Shown piece by piece: positions 34,085 to 44,249 of a stretch of DNA of 64,000 bases (positions within the stretch are counted from its first letter, which is position 1; each line of letters starts with the position of its first letter). The position numbers were made by a program, and so were the translations under genes. Under the pieces are notes generated by a model, which was not told the origin of the DNA, made no database searches, and saw only the letters and a list, made by a program, of their open reading frames with translations. The stretch lies in assembly GCA_963662465.1 (NCBI GenBank), contig OY759599.1:7072001-7136000 (forward strand), given 5' to 3'. Source of the DNA: Desulfatiglandales bacterium (lineage in GTDB: Bacteria > Desulfobacterota > DSM-4660 > Desulfatiglandales > Desulfatiglandaceae).

Positions 34085-34341
34085 CAGAGCCCGCAATCCT
34101 TGAACAGCTCTGTTACGCTCTGATACCTTTTGCCTTTGCCCACGCGGGCATCATGCATGGCTTCGATCGTTTCCCGATTTGGGATGCGTGCGTCAAAAGG
34201 AAGCCCGCGGCTGGCAATGATCTGCCTATAAAACAGCTCATGAGCGGAAGAAATGGGGATCCCCAACTCCTTTAGAATGGATTTCGCCCTTTCCTTAATT
34301 TCCGGGGCAGGTCGGGCGGTTGCCCTTGATGTCTTGGCCAT
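34084..34341 (-). CDS. RelB/DinJ antitoxin
   Basis: ILKELGIPISSA..GLPFD..PNRETIEAM. Confidence 0.85.
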   Translation of the reverse strand: MAKTSRATARPAPEIKERAKSILKELGIPISSAHELFYRQIIASRGLPFDARIPNRETIEAMHDARVGKGKRYQSVTELFKDCGL

Positions 34342-34444
34342 GTTGTATTCCTCCACTGTCAGTTTTCCACTAAAAGACATGGTACACCTTGCCGGTCGCG
34401 GGGTCAAGTTCATACCTGTATATATGGATGCCAGTACATCCGCA

Positions 34445-34660
34445 GCGGTGGACGGTGGACGGTGGACGGAGGACAGAGGACAGAGGACAGAGGACAGAAG
34501 ACAGAAGACGGAAGGGCGGAAAGGTGAGAAGTGGCAGAGGCGCAGAGAAGAGAGGACAGACGACGGAGGACAGAGGTCGGAGGTCGGATGTCGGAGGACA
34601 GGGGACGGAGGTCGGAGGTCGGAGGTCGGAGGACAGAGGACGGAAGACGGAGGACAGATG
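34445..34660 (+). repeat. Degenerate heptamer array GAGGACA/GAGGACG/GAGGTCG
   Basis: Direct reading of the sequence. Confidence 0.9.
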
Positions 34661-34685
34661 GTTGAGAAGGTGTTAGCGTCAGCGA

Positions 34686-34976
34686 TCAGTGAATGAACTG
34701 ATGAAGTTCTTTGTAAAAGTTCTCGCGAGAACCTAAAAAGACAACCAAAACCTCCTTTTTCAATTCATCTGTGTCATAGACTGCCCGATATTGGACACCA
34801 CCGTGAGCCATTTTCAAGTAGCGAAGTTCGGTCTTATAACCCTTAAGAGGATGCCCCTTTTTATCAGGATCGGCAGCCAGTTCCCAAAGTTGTGAAGTGA
34901 TCTCGCTCCGAACATGCCTGTCAAGCTTGTCATATTGTTTCCTGGCTTTCGGTGCCAGAAATATCTCGTATTTCAT
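34686..34976 (-). CDS. RelE/ParE toxin
   Basis: KGHPLKG..YRAVY..GSRENFY. Confidence 0.85.
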   Translation of the reverse strand: MKYEIFLAPKARKQYDKLDRHVRSEITSQLWELAADPDKKGHPLKGYKTELRYLKMAHGGVQYRAVYDTDELKKEVLVVFLGSRENFYKELHQFIH

Positions 34977-35164
34977 GCCAGATTTTTGAGTTGGACACTC
35001 TCCCCCCGCTGATGGCTTTTCCAGGCGTCATTACGCATGGCATCTAAAGCCTTGGCATAATCTTTATTAAGAGAGAACAAGAGGCGTTCTCTGTCTTCCT
35101 CAGTCAGCCTTGAAGCCGCTTCGTAAATTTTTTCGTATGTAAGTTCAATGGCTATTTCCAGCAT
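34973..35164 (-). CDS. Putative antitoxin
   Basis: 63-aa ORF overlapping the toxin start. Confidence 0.7.
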   Translation of the reverse strand: MLEIAIELTYEKIYEAASRLTEEDRERLLFSLNKDYAKALDAMRNDAWKSHQRGESVQLKNLA

Positions 35165-35495
35165 TTTTCGATGATCTCCTGCTTTTATGATTTGCCCAAA
35201 AAATAGGATTAATGTTGCACTAAAAACTCACCTGGAAAGTCTTTTATTGAAATTGATATTGGCCTATTGTTTTCAGGGTGTCAAGTGTATAAACCTGAGA
35301 CATAGAATTATAAAATGGTCTCGCGCCCCGGTTAAATAAGTGCAAAAGAAATTTCACTGGGCAGGCAAAGACGCCAAGGCGCAAAGATAGAAGCCTGACG
35401 TCAGAGGACAGAGGACGGAGGACGGAGGACAGAGGGCGGAGGTTGGATGGCCTTTCCCTACTGGGCATGGAGATATGGAGGCAGTGTCTCAGGGG

Positions 35496-35861
35496 TTAGT
35501 CGATCTCGAGTGCCAGCTTAAAGGCTTCGACAACCTCTTCCATTCGGCGTGGCGGCATTGTGCCAACCAACTGGGGTTTTTTTGTCTTAGGATCGTAAAC
35601 TCTTTTAGGATCCAGGGAGCGCATCTGGAAACAGAGAAATACTGTATCTTTGGGAAGGCCCGTCTCAGCTGATGGCACACGTACATTTGTGGGGTAGTCT
35701 CTTGGCACATTCCGCGCATCTGCGCCCACTACAACTGACACAACGAGCGGTTGTTTATTTATGGCGTCGCTTGATATCACGAGGACTGGTCTGCGGCCCG
35801 CCTGCTCCCGACCTTTAATCGGGTTCAAATTTACCAGATAAATTCCGCCGCGCTTGATCAT
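35496..35861 (-). CDS. MazF/PemK toxin (antitoxin upstream is truncated)
   Basis: IYLVNLNP..GREQAGRRPVLVIS. Confidence 0.9.
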   Translation of the reverse strand: MIKRGGIYLVNLNPIKGREQAGRRPVLVISSDAINKQPLVVSVVVGADARNVPRDYPTNVRVPSAETGLPKDTVFLCFQMRSLDPKRVYDPKTKKPQLVGTMPPRRMEEVVEAFKLALEID

Positions 35862-36077
35862 AATTCACAAACCATCGTTTTCCGCTTCCGTAAACTCCTC
35901 GGACAAAACAGAACACACATCCCGGATTGCAGGGTCATCGGCCATTTCAGCCATAGCTGTTTCAAATTGATATTTTTTTTGACGTTTTGTGAAATAAGGG
36001 AATGGGGGACGTAGCTACCTTTGTAACCTTATTTTAGATCTCGCGCAGAGGTGAAGGGACGGTGCGACAGAGAGGAA

Positions 36078-36404
36078 TTATGCCGCAGGGCCTTGGTCTC
36101 TCTGCCGGAACCGGCTGAGACGAACATCTCCTCTGGGCAGATGAGCGATCAATTCAAGCTCGCCGCCAAGCGCTTCTATGATGCGGCTTAGAGTGCCAAT
36201 TTGCATATCCTGCTGGGATTCTATCTTTGACAGGGTTGGCTGCTTGATATTCAATGCTGCCGCCAGATCCTTTTGCGTCAATCCCATCTGTTTGCGAATC
36301 TCGGCCAGGAGCATATCCGCCATGATTTCTTTTGCCTTCATCTCGGCCCTGGCCACGCGTTCCGGGGGCATTTTCGCTTCCAGTTCTTTAAAGTTATGCG
36401 CCAT
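36078..36404 (-). CDS. XRE-HTH antitoxin (HigA-like)
   Basis: LTQKDLAAALNIKQPTLSKIE. Confidence 0.88.
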   Translation of the reverse strand: MAHNFKELEAKMPPERVARAEMKAKEIMADMLLAEIRKQMGLTQKDLAAALNIKQPTLSKIESQQDMQIGTLSRIIEALGGELELIAHLPRGDVRLSRFRQRDQGPAA

Positions 36405-36760
36405 TAGCTTTTACCGTCCTTTTTGATTTCTCGTAAATGCACATCCATGATCTTATCCGCCAGTGGAATCATCCGGTCATAAAACCGCTTATCATCGCTC
36501 TTGGATCCCCCGATCAGGAGGATCGCTTTTCGACGGGGGTCGAAGGCGTAGAATGTCCGCACCGGGTCGCCATGTATTTGGGTTCTAAGCTCCTTCATGT
36601 TCTTGTGTCTGGATTTCTTGACAGTGTCGGCATGGGGCCGCCCAAGAGCGGGACCCAGAACCTGTAGCAACTTTACACTGACAGTGAGGGATTCCTGTTC
36701 GTTTTCCGTCAGGGTTCCCCACCATTCACCGAACTCATCTGTAAATTCAACATCCCACAT
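36404..36760 (-). CDS. RelE/HigB (Gp49-like) toxin
   Basis: GPALGRPHADT..MKELR..FDPRRKAILLIGG. Confidence 0.9.
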   Translation of the reverse strand: MWDVEFTDEFGEWWGTLTENEQESLTVSVKLLQVLGPALGRPHADTVKKSRHKNMKELRTQIHGDPVRTFYAFDPRRKAILLIGGSKSDDKRFYDRMIPLADKIMDVHLREIKKDGKS

Positions 36761-36942
36761 CCATTCGATATAGCCTTCAGGCTATGCTTGTCAAGCTGTA
36801 TGTGGGTCGTGCAGCAATTGTGAGGGACTCGGGGACATCCATAAGAAAATAAGAAACTCTCGCCCAGAGACGCAGAGAAGGGACAGATGTCCGATGTCAG
36901 ATGTCCGATGTCTGATGTCAGGGGGTGCAGGTCAGAGGCCGG

Positions 36943-37154
36943 ACGAGAAAAGACTGTATGAGTTGGCGTATGAAGACTTCAAACGGAATTTGGAGCGGTT
37001 GAGAGCAATTGTGGCGGTGTCGACTGTGTGTATGCATGGGAGTCCGCTGTCAGGGATAGATAATTTGGATTTGTTGAGGAAGTATGATTACAAACGCCTG
37101 GGGCTTGTGGCAGAACCTTATCTGGATTTCGACTTTAATCAGATGTTCTACCTT
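36943..37154 (+). pseudogene. Internal fragment of conserved polysaccharide-locus protein (deacetylase-like)
   Basis: TVCMHGSPLS..YDYKRLGLVAEPYLDFDF..FYL. Confidence 0.6.
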
Positions 37155-37396
37155 GTACCTCTGTAACCGATTACGTTTTCGTGTTGGGTATTTGGAGGCA
37201 TTTCCCTTCGTATTATTTTGTCCTGTTTGCATGTCGCCGTCGGTCGATGTCAAGGAAGTTCCTCTCGGTATTGCGAGCTGATATTCGAATTTTTATTTAC
37301 AACATGTTGTCGTTCGAGAGGCCCTAAGGGCCTAAAATCATATTTGGGAAGGCAGTTTTTGCACAACAGGCTCAAATCTTATTTAACTGGGTAAAC

Positions 37397-37518
37397 ATGG
37401 TGAGGACCGGGGTTATCGCTCACCCAACTCAATGGTCTTTCTCCGGCTACAACGAAATTCAGAATCCCAAAAGGAAAAACATTCTGATACATTCAATAGG
37501 ATAGCGTGGCCCGACCCC
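37397..37518 (+). pseudogene. RAYT-type transposase fragment plus terminal motif GGCCCGACCCC
   Basis: MVRTGVIAHPTQWSFSGYNEIQNP. Confidence 0.55.
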
Positions 37519-38162
37519 ACTATCCGCATCGGTTTGATGCGGTGCGGGTGATTTTGCCTCGGTATGGGATTTGTGTGGCTTAGGGGTTCTTGCGCCCAGT
37601 AAAACAAAAACAAAAGAGGTTTCACCCCGGTTGAACACCCTAGAAGGGAACCCGGTTCAACGGGGCAGGGAGGGCGAAGGTCGGAGCGCGGGAAGTGCAG
37701 AGGTTGAAACTGTGGAGTGGGACGTTCTAATCTTTTGGATTTGTTTATTTTGTTGAAGATGGTACAGTCAGTGGTGCGGATGAGGGAGGATAAACAGTAG
37801 GGAGTCGAAAACCCGGGGTGTTTGATGGCTGGTGAGTGATAGACCATGAACCAGGTGGCTGACGAATGGAGGAAGAAAATGGACCGTGAAAAGAGCCTCG
37901 ACGTTGAAAAAGTAAAGCGCTTTTGGTTAGAGGAGGCGGTAGAGTCCCTTCGTGTAGCTGAGCATCTTGTAGAAAAAGAAGATTTTTCATATGCGCTATT
38001 TTTTGGTCATTTGGCTCTGGAAAATGTGATGAAAGGTGTTTGTGTGAAGAGGCGCAAAGAGCACGCTCCGCCTGTGCATAACCTGGTGAGGCTTGCTGGG
38101 GTTGCAGGAATTGCGCTCGATGAGGAAACGGAGAAAGCTCTCCTTATGATAACCGGTTTTAA

Positions 38163-38415
38163 CATCAATACCCGTGAATGAATAGTATTCATGCCGATTT
38201 TCAACCATGAAGAACATGAAGGTCATGAAGAAAAAGGGTTTCAAGGACTGCCTGACCGACGGTTGTCGCCTTTTTAGCCATTGCAGTCCGGATGTTTTCT
38301 TTTTTTAAAGGCCTTCATGTTCTTCATGTTCTTCATGGTGACTATTAAGAGTGTTGCATTCTAAGATCTTATGTCTTTCAACTATGTGAACAGGATTCAT
38401 TCACGGGTATTGGGT
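38163..38415. mobile_element. MITE copy 1 (about 250 bp)
   Basis: IR CAATACCCGTGAATGAAT; near-identical copy at 39975-40227. Confidence 0.85.
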
Positions 38416-38595
38416 TTAGGTACACTGCAATGTCACGCCCTTACAGGGCTCTGCATCAGAGGCTTGCCCATTCAGTCGCGAGGTGCGAACCGTAGAATGT
38501 TGAACAAGGAATTCGGTTTCTCCTTACATTTCATCGTTATCAGTGATTTGCTGATTAATTTCATATTGTCCGGCCATTCGGTAATCCCAGTCTGC

Positions 38596-39090
38596 TTAAG
38601 TCAGTTTCAATACGGCAATGATAACCCCGGACATGGTCACGGTCAGTCCAAAAGACCAGACCATGAAACGATCTATCCTTTTGGTGAGGCTTTCAAAGCG
38701 AGCATCCATCTGCTCAAAGCGTTTATCTACTTGTTCAAAGCGCTTATCTACCTGCTGAAACCGCCTGTCCACCTGCTCGAAGCGCTTATCCATATCCTCG
38801 TGCATCTGCTCGAAGCGCTTGTCCACTTGCTCGAAGCGCTTGTCCACTTGCTCGAAGCGCTTATTCATATCCTCACGCATTTCTTCAAAGCGCTTGTCCA
38901 TCAGGTCGAAGCCCTGCTTCATCAAATCACGCTGGTTTTTTAATTCTTCTTCCACCCGAACCATGCGTTCACGAAGCTCTATCTCATAGACGTGAGGTGG
39001 TTTGGAAAAACTCTGCATCTGCAGCCAACCACTCAGGTTACTGCGCACATACTCACCGATGGCTTCATAATCTTCCTGTGCAATAGGCAT
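38596..39090 (-). CDS. Coiled-coil heptad-repeat protein with C-terminal TM (DUF1640/CCDC90-like)
   Basis: DKRFEQV repeats (21-bp unit) and hydrophobic tail. Confidence 0.8.
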   Translation of the reverse strand: MPIAQEDYEAIGEYVRSNLSGWLQMQSFSKPPHVYEIELRERMVRVEEELKNQRDLMKQGFDLMDKRFEEMREDMNKRFEQVDKRFEQVDKRFEQMHEDMDKRFEQVDRRFQQVDKRFEQVDKRFEQMDARFESLTKRIDRFMVWSFGLTVTMSGVIIAVLKLT

Positions 39091-39476
39091 TTTGATTGCT
39101 CCTCATTGTTGTTGGGGCCATGTTGATGTTACGACCCTTATAATCTAAGGCGGCAAACCGCAGTTTTAAGTTTTAAGTTCTTCTAGCAATGAATTTCTGT
39201 TGTTATATTGATCATCTTGTTTTTTTCGAAGCATTTAATCTGTAAGTCACTAAAGCATGTTTTCCTGAACATTTGAAAAGCGTTAGGTTTCCTGAACTCT
39301 TTCATTACATTAACGAGCATAACCTTTCCCAAAACTGAAGTCAATCCTATGAAATTCCAGCCGCATTTTCTATCCTTTCCAAGGATCAGTTTACAAAAAA
39401 TCCCCAAAGAACCCTGAAGTCAGATTCACGCTTTTTTTGCTTTATATCAATGGCTTGGCTTGGTCCGCCCCACAAT

Positions 39477-39637
39477 TAGGGAACTGGAAGAAAATACGAC
39501 GCATATCATGCAGAATTTTTGTTCGTCTTCAAGGCGTGATGGCAGGTGCATAGTGGGCTATGTGCCTGTTATCACAACGTAGAAGACGAGCAAAAAGGCA
39601 AACAGGATGCGTAGATTATTTTTTGGAAGGTCCCTTA
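39477..39637. mobile_element. Small MITE-like element
   Basis: Imperfect IR AGGGAACTGGAAGAAAATA / TATTTTTTGGAAGGTCCCT, TA flanks, internal palindrome. Confidence 0.5.
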
Positions 39638-39974
39638 CATCAATTGTCCCAATCACCCAATCATCTGGTTTGCAAAATTTATAAAAATATCGGCATCCTT
39701 CATTTTCCAGTTTACACTTTTATCCCCATGCATTTCGTTTCCAAACATGAAACTCCCCCCAGAGACAAGGCATGCCTTGTCTCTACAGCAGCCGCGTGCC
39801 TTTGTACAACCTGCTTTTGTGTTCCATGAGAATGTACCCGCCAAAATCCCAGTACAAACACCCCGCCGTCAAGCAAAAACCCATTTTGCTCTTCGCTGTC
39901 GTATATTCCTTTTACGATCTCTTTTTATTTCTCGCGCAAAGACGCCAAGACGCAAAGTTTGGGCTTGGTCCTAA

Positions 39975-40227
39975 CTTCAATACCCGTGAATGAATAGTAT
40001 TCATGCCGATTTTCAACCATGAAGAACATGAAGGTCATGAAGAAAAAGGGTTTCAAGGACTGCCTGACCGACGGTTGTCGCCTTTTTAGCCATTGCAGTC
40101 CGGATGTTTTCTTTTTTTAAAGGCCTTCATGTTCTTCATGTTCTTCATGGTGACTATTAAGAGTGTTGCATTCTAAGATCTTATGTCTTTCAACTATGTG
40201 AACAGGATTCATTCACGGGTATTGGGT
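39975..40227. mobile_element. MITE copy 2
   Basis: Direct repeat of 38163-38415. Confidence 0.85.
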
Positions 40228-40330
40228 TTAACATTGAATCTCGGTATCCCGATTTCAAAAGATCTTTTCGAACAAAATGCACTCAAGCATTCACAACAGA
40301 GCAGATGAGTGAAATAAAGAGGATTTTCGA

Positions 40331-40672
40331 ATGGCTGCGATCTCATCTGAAATAGAAGCGATTATCCGAAGATTCATAACCCTGCTTCAAAAGGAAAGAC
40401 GTATATCGAGAGTTTTTCTTTACGGTTCCCATGCAAAAGGAATTGCAGGAGAATGGAGCGATATCGATCTTGCGGTTGTGAGCCCTGACTTTTCAGAAGA
40501 TTTGTTCGAAGAGCGCGTTGGACTGATGAGACTGAGCCTACACATAGACGAACGTATTGAACCAAGTCCCTTCAGACCGGAAGACTTCAATGAGAATGAC
40601 CCACTGGTAAGCGAAATTAACGAATCGGGAATTGAGATTGCGTGGATTGGGGAAAAGCGGGACATCCATTAG
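40331..40672 (+). CDS. Minimal nucleotidyltransferase (MNT antitoxin)
   Basis: LYGSHAKG..SDIDLAVVS. Confidence 0.9.
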   Translation: MAAISSEIEAIIRRFITLLQKERRISRVFLYGSHAKGIAGEWSDIDLAVVSPDFSEDLFEERVGLMRLSLHIDERIEPSPFRPEDFNENDPLVSEINESGIEIAWIGEKRDIH

Positions 40673-40724
40673 TTTATAAGAAACTCGCGCAAAGACGCCA
40701 AGGCGAAAAGATAGAAGCCTGACG

Positions 40725-40856
40725 TCAGAGGACGGAGGGCAGAGGGCAGAGGACAGAGGACGGAGGACTGAAGACAGAGGACGGAGGGCAGAGGACGGAG
40801 GACAGAGGACAGAGGACTGAAGACAGAGGACGGAAGACGGAGGGCAGAGGACGGAT
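40725..40856 (+). repeat. Left arm: GAGGAC(A/G) heptamer array
   Basis: Inverted partner at 41330-41443. Confidence 0.9.
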
Positions 40857-40892
40857 ATTGGAGAAGAGGCAAAACATAAAGGGAAAAGGACC

Positions 40893-41297
40893 ATGAGTGA
40901 TGCGATCCGTAGTTTTAGAGATTTGAAAGTTTACCAGAAATCATTTTCACTCCAGCAGAAGATTTTTGAATTAACCAAACGTTTTCCAAAAGAAGAACTT
41001 TACTCTCTTACCAATCAGATTCGGAGGTCTTCTCGTTCTATAGGTGCGAATTTGGCAGAAGCCTGGCATAAGAGGCGATATGTCGCCCATTTTGTCAGTA
41101 AACTATCGGATTCTGATGGAGAACAAGCTGAGACGCAGCACTGGCTTGAAACCGCCTTGGCGTGTCAATACATCGCTGAGGATCTTCACACTGAACTGAT
41201 GAATCAGTGTAAGGAAATAGGTCGAATGTTGGGGAAAATGATGGCCAATCCTGAATCCTTCTGCAAGCGCAATAGTGGCTCTACCAAAAGCTCTTGA
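40893..41297 (+). CDS. Four-helix-bundle protein (23S rRNA IVS-protein/Avd-like family)
   Basis: SFRDLKVYQ, FPKEELYSLTNQIRRSSRSIGANLAEAW, ETQHWL. Confidence 0.92.
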   Translation: MSDAIRSFRDLKVYQKSFSLQQKIFELTKRFPKEELYSLTNQIRRSSRSIGANLAEAWHKRRYVAHFVSKLSDSDGEQAETQHWLETALACQYIAEDLHTELMNQCKEIGRMLGKMMANPESFCKRNSGSTKSS

Positions 41298-41329
41298 TCC
41301 TTCAGTCATCCGCCATCCTTAAGCTGTCT

Positions 41330-41443
41330 TTCGTCCTCCGTCTTCTGTCCTCTGTCCTCAGTCTTCCGTCCTCCGTCTTCTGTCTTCCGTCCTCCGTCTT
41401 CTGTCTTCCGTCCTCCGTCCTCCGTCCTCCGTCCTCCGTCCTC
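41330..41443 (-). repeat. Right arm: (C/T)GTCCTC heptamer array
   Basis: Reverse complement of the left arm. Confidence 0.9.
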
Positions 41444-41526
41444 TAGGGGCCAGAGGGGCAGAGGAAAGAAGATAAAAAGGTTTGAAGGTGTGTAATCTTG
41501 AGATTCGGTTTACCTGGAGATATTAG

Positions 41527-42366
41527 ATGAGCAAAGAAGTTGAAATAAGGCACCACCGGACTTTTGAGAGCCTGAAACAGACCCACAATCATGGGGTGGA
41601 GTTTTGGTTCGCCCGGGATTTGCAGCCGGTTTTAGACTACAGTAGCTGGGAGAAGTTTAGGCGCGTCATCCACAAGGCGATGAAGGCTTGCGGGAATTCA
41701 GGACAAGCTGAGGCCGACCATTTTTCCCATGTGGTGAAAATGGTCCGAATCGGATCCGGTGCAGAGCGGCAGATAGAGGATTATGCGCTTTCTCGCTATG
41801 CGTGTTATTTGATTGTTCAGAACGCAGATCCCTCCAAACCTGTCATTGCCAACGGGCAAACGTATTTCGCCATGCAGACAAGGCGACAGGAGCTGGCGGA
41901 TGACCAGGTATTCCAGCAGCTTAAAGAAGACGAAAAGCGTCTTTTTCTCCGCAATGAGCTGAAAGAGCATAATAAGCAACTTGTGGCTGCTGCCCGGCAG
42001 GCCGGGGTGGAGACGACGCTTGATTTCGCTATCTTCCAGAATCATGGTTACAAGGGGCTTTATGGGGGCCTGGACGCGAAAGGCATTCATCGGCAAAAGG
42101 GTTTGAAAAAGAGCCAGAAAATTTTGGATCATATGGGAAGTACCGAGCTGGCTGCAAATCTCTTCCGCGCAACGCAGACTGATGAGAAACTACGCCGGGA
42201 AAATGTTCAGGGTAAATCAAGAGCCAACCAAACCCATTACGAGGTCGGCGCCAAGGTCCGTCAAACCATCAAAGAGCTGGGGGGCGCCATGCCAGAGGAG
42301 CTTCCCAGTCCGAATAGAAGCCTCAAGCAGATCGAAAAAAAGCAAAAGAGTGTCGAAAAAGACTGA
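41527..42366 (+). CDS. dinD: DNA damage-inducible protein D
   Basis: LSRYACYLIVQNADP, FQNHGYKGLYGG, ILDHMGSTELAANLFRATQ. Confidence 0.9.
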   Translation: MSKEVEIRHHRTFESLKQTHNHGVEFWFARDLQPVLDYSSWEKFRRVIHKAMKACGNSGQAEADHFSHVVKMVRIGSGAERQIEDYALSRYACYLIVQNADPSKPVIANGQTYFAMQTRRQELADDQVFQQLKEDEKRLFLRNELKEHNKQLVAAARQAGVETTLDFAIFQNHGYKGLYGGLDAKGIHRQKGLKKSQKILDHMGSTELAANLFRATQTDEKLRRENVQGKSRANQTHYEVGAKVRQTIKELGGAMPEELPSPNRSLKQIEKKQKSVEKD

Positions 42367-42854
42367 TGAACGGGTGTTACAACACCGGCTCCTGTTTCCA
42401 TCCCCGTTGCATTGCCGGCATTGAATTCACGGCCGGAAAAGACCAACGCCGTGACATCAAACTCATCACTTCTATTTTCGGAAATTCCGCCGATACACGA
42501 TAGATAAAAACGTCCTTCATGCGCTGGTCCAATGCGTGGATGTTTGTGGTGGCCAGCGGGACGCTTTTTAACAATTGAATAACTAGTTGAGGTTATTACA
42601 AAACAGGGGTTGGAGGACAGAGGACGGAGGACGGAGGGCAGAGGACGGAGGACAGAGGACGGAGGACTGAGGGCGGAGGAGGCCGGACAGCGGAGGACAG
42701 AGGTCCCTAAACACAAGATGCCAAAAAATATGGGGAAGGTGAGAGGGAAAAGTTGGGAAGAGAACGTGATACGGAGATAGCCTATTCGGTTAAAGGAGAA
42801 TGGTTTTGTCATAACTGCCTATTTCTTAGATGAGAAACCAAAGGGGAGCCTAAT

Positions 42855-43079
42855 GTGGAAACGGTAACAGTGAATAAGGAAATGATTGATTCTTATTTGG
42901 ATCTTTCATCAAGACTGGCGAAGCTTCATGTGAGACAAATTTGGACCGACTATGATAAGGAAGCTGATGTCCTTTATCTGAGTTTTCGAAAGCCGCAGCG
43001 GGCTAAGAAGACCGTTGAAATGGATGATAATGTGTTGATTCGTACAGATGATGACGAAGTTGTAGGGATTACAATTTGA
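42855..43079 (+). CDS. DUF2283 protein (partner gene upstream is truncated)
   Basis: YDKEADVLYLSF..VVGITI. Confidence 0.8.
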   Translation: METVTVNKEMIDSYLDLSSRLAKLHVRQIWTDYDKEADVLYLSFRKPQRAKKTVEMDDNVLIRTDDDEVVGITI

Positions 43080-43360
43080 ATGCAAGCAGTAGAAGTTGAG
43101 GCCAACTTTAGCGCAGAGGACGCAGGACGGAGGACGGAAGACAGAAGGGTGAGAAGGTTAGAGGATTAGAGGGCATAAGACAAAGATAGTCTCGCGCAGA
43201 GACGCAGAGACGCAGAGAAGAGAGGAAAAGACGGTGAGAAGTGGCAGAGGTTCCATACAGCTAATACCAATAATGAATAAGCAGCCCAGCGACCCCAGCA
43301 CCTGTACCATTTTTGAGTTTTCTGCAATCCTTCCTTTCGATTGCCCACCAGAGTAACAAC

Positions 43361-43638
43361 CACCTCCTCATCACACGAGATACCAAAACAAATGAACCCA
43401 TTAAATCCTGAAGAGACGAAACATGTTGGCGGAATTTCCCCCTTTCTGGGTGTTGTGGATTTCTGTTTGCTGAATCTGGCATTTTTTCTGCTGAATTACT
43501 GGAAACGGGGATCTTTTGAGTTGGCCCCAAAATATGGGAAGCTGCTGCTGGCCTTTTATGGTGTCTGGTTCCTGGTTTCCCTGGCCAATAAGAAATTTCA
43601 GTGGTGGGAATACGCGGGGTTGGGTAGAGGGCTGTGGA
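43361..43638 (+). pseudogene. Duplicate of the sugar transferase 5' end (50077-50357)
   Basis: Aligns by eye; breaks after GCTGTGGA. Confidence 0.9.
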
Positions 43639-43783
43639 GGCCCTGAACTGCAGTTTTGGGTTTTGAGTTTTGGGTTTTGGGTTAGGGAACTAGGGAACTG
43701 CAGTTTTGGGTTTTGAGTTTTGGGTTTTGGGTTAGGGAACTAGGGAACTGCAGTTTTGAGTTTTGAGTTTTGGGTTTTGGGTT

Positions 43784-44152
43784 ATGAGTGAAAGGAAGAT
43801 AGACGAGCGGACTTTTGAGTTTGCTTTACTGGTTGTGGATGGTTATAAATTTCTTCTGGGGAAAAAGGAGTTTGTGCTTTCGAAGCAGTTTTTAAGGGCT
43901 GGTACTTCGATCGGTGCGAATGTGACGGAGGCCCAAGCTGCCCAAAGCAGGAAAGATTTCATTTCTAAAATGGCCATCGCTTCCAAGGAAGCCAGAGAAA
44001 CGCTATATTGGATCAGACTGTTAAAAAGGTCCGGTTTTTTCAAGGGATATGCAAAAGTAAATATCCTGGAAAGCGAGATTTCCTCAATCATAAATATTCT
44101 CACGAAAATCGTGAAAACCACAAAGGAACAGGAACCGAAAGAGAAACCTTAA
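43784..44152 (+). CDS. Four-helix-bundle protein between inverted TTTTG(G/A)G arrays
   Basis: LSKQFLRAGTSIGANVTEAQAAQSRKDFISKMAIASKEARETLYW. Confidence 0.92.
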   Translation: MSERKIDERTFEFALLVVDGYKFLLGKKEFVLSKQFLRAGTSIGANVTEAQAAQSRKDFISKMAIASKEARETLYWIRLLKRSGFFKGYAKVNILESEISSIINILTKIVKTTKEQEPKEKP

Positions 44153-44202
44153 AACTGTAGTTTCTTCCACAACCCAAAACCGTTTTTGGGAACGATACGA
44201 AC

Positions 44203-44249
44203 GGACGCTGAGCGTCCACAGTGCATTCCCACGCTGGAGCGTGGGAACG
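44203..44249 (+). repeat. REP-like double hairpin
   Basis: GGACGCT-G-AGCGTCC and TTCCCACGCT-GG-AGCGTGGGAA. Confidence 0.75.

Larger units (their letters stand above)
37879..40355 (+). pseudogene. HEPN-domain gene split by a MITE-bounded insertion
   Basis: Removing 38163-40231 restores ...HNLVRLA..ITGFNIESRYPD...WLRSHLK*. Confidence 0.85.

Noticed and set aside
33347..34696. Low-complexity ORFs (QNPKPKT, EDRGQRT) here and at 18060, 28845, 40538, 42261 and 46022
   Set aside because: They are translations of stop-free heptamer arrays, with no evidence of being genes.
40893..41297. 23S rRNA intervening sequence
   Set aside because: No rRNA sequence flanks the gene; no rRNA or tRNA genes were recognised in the window.
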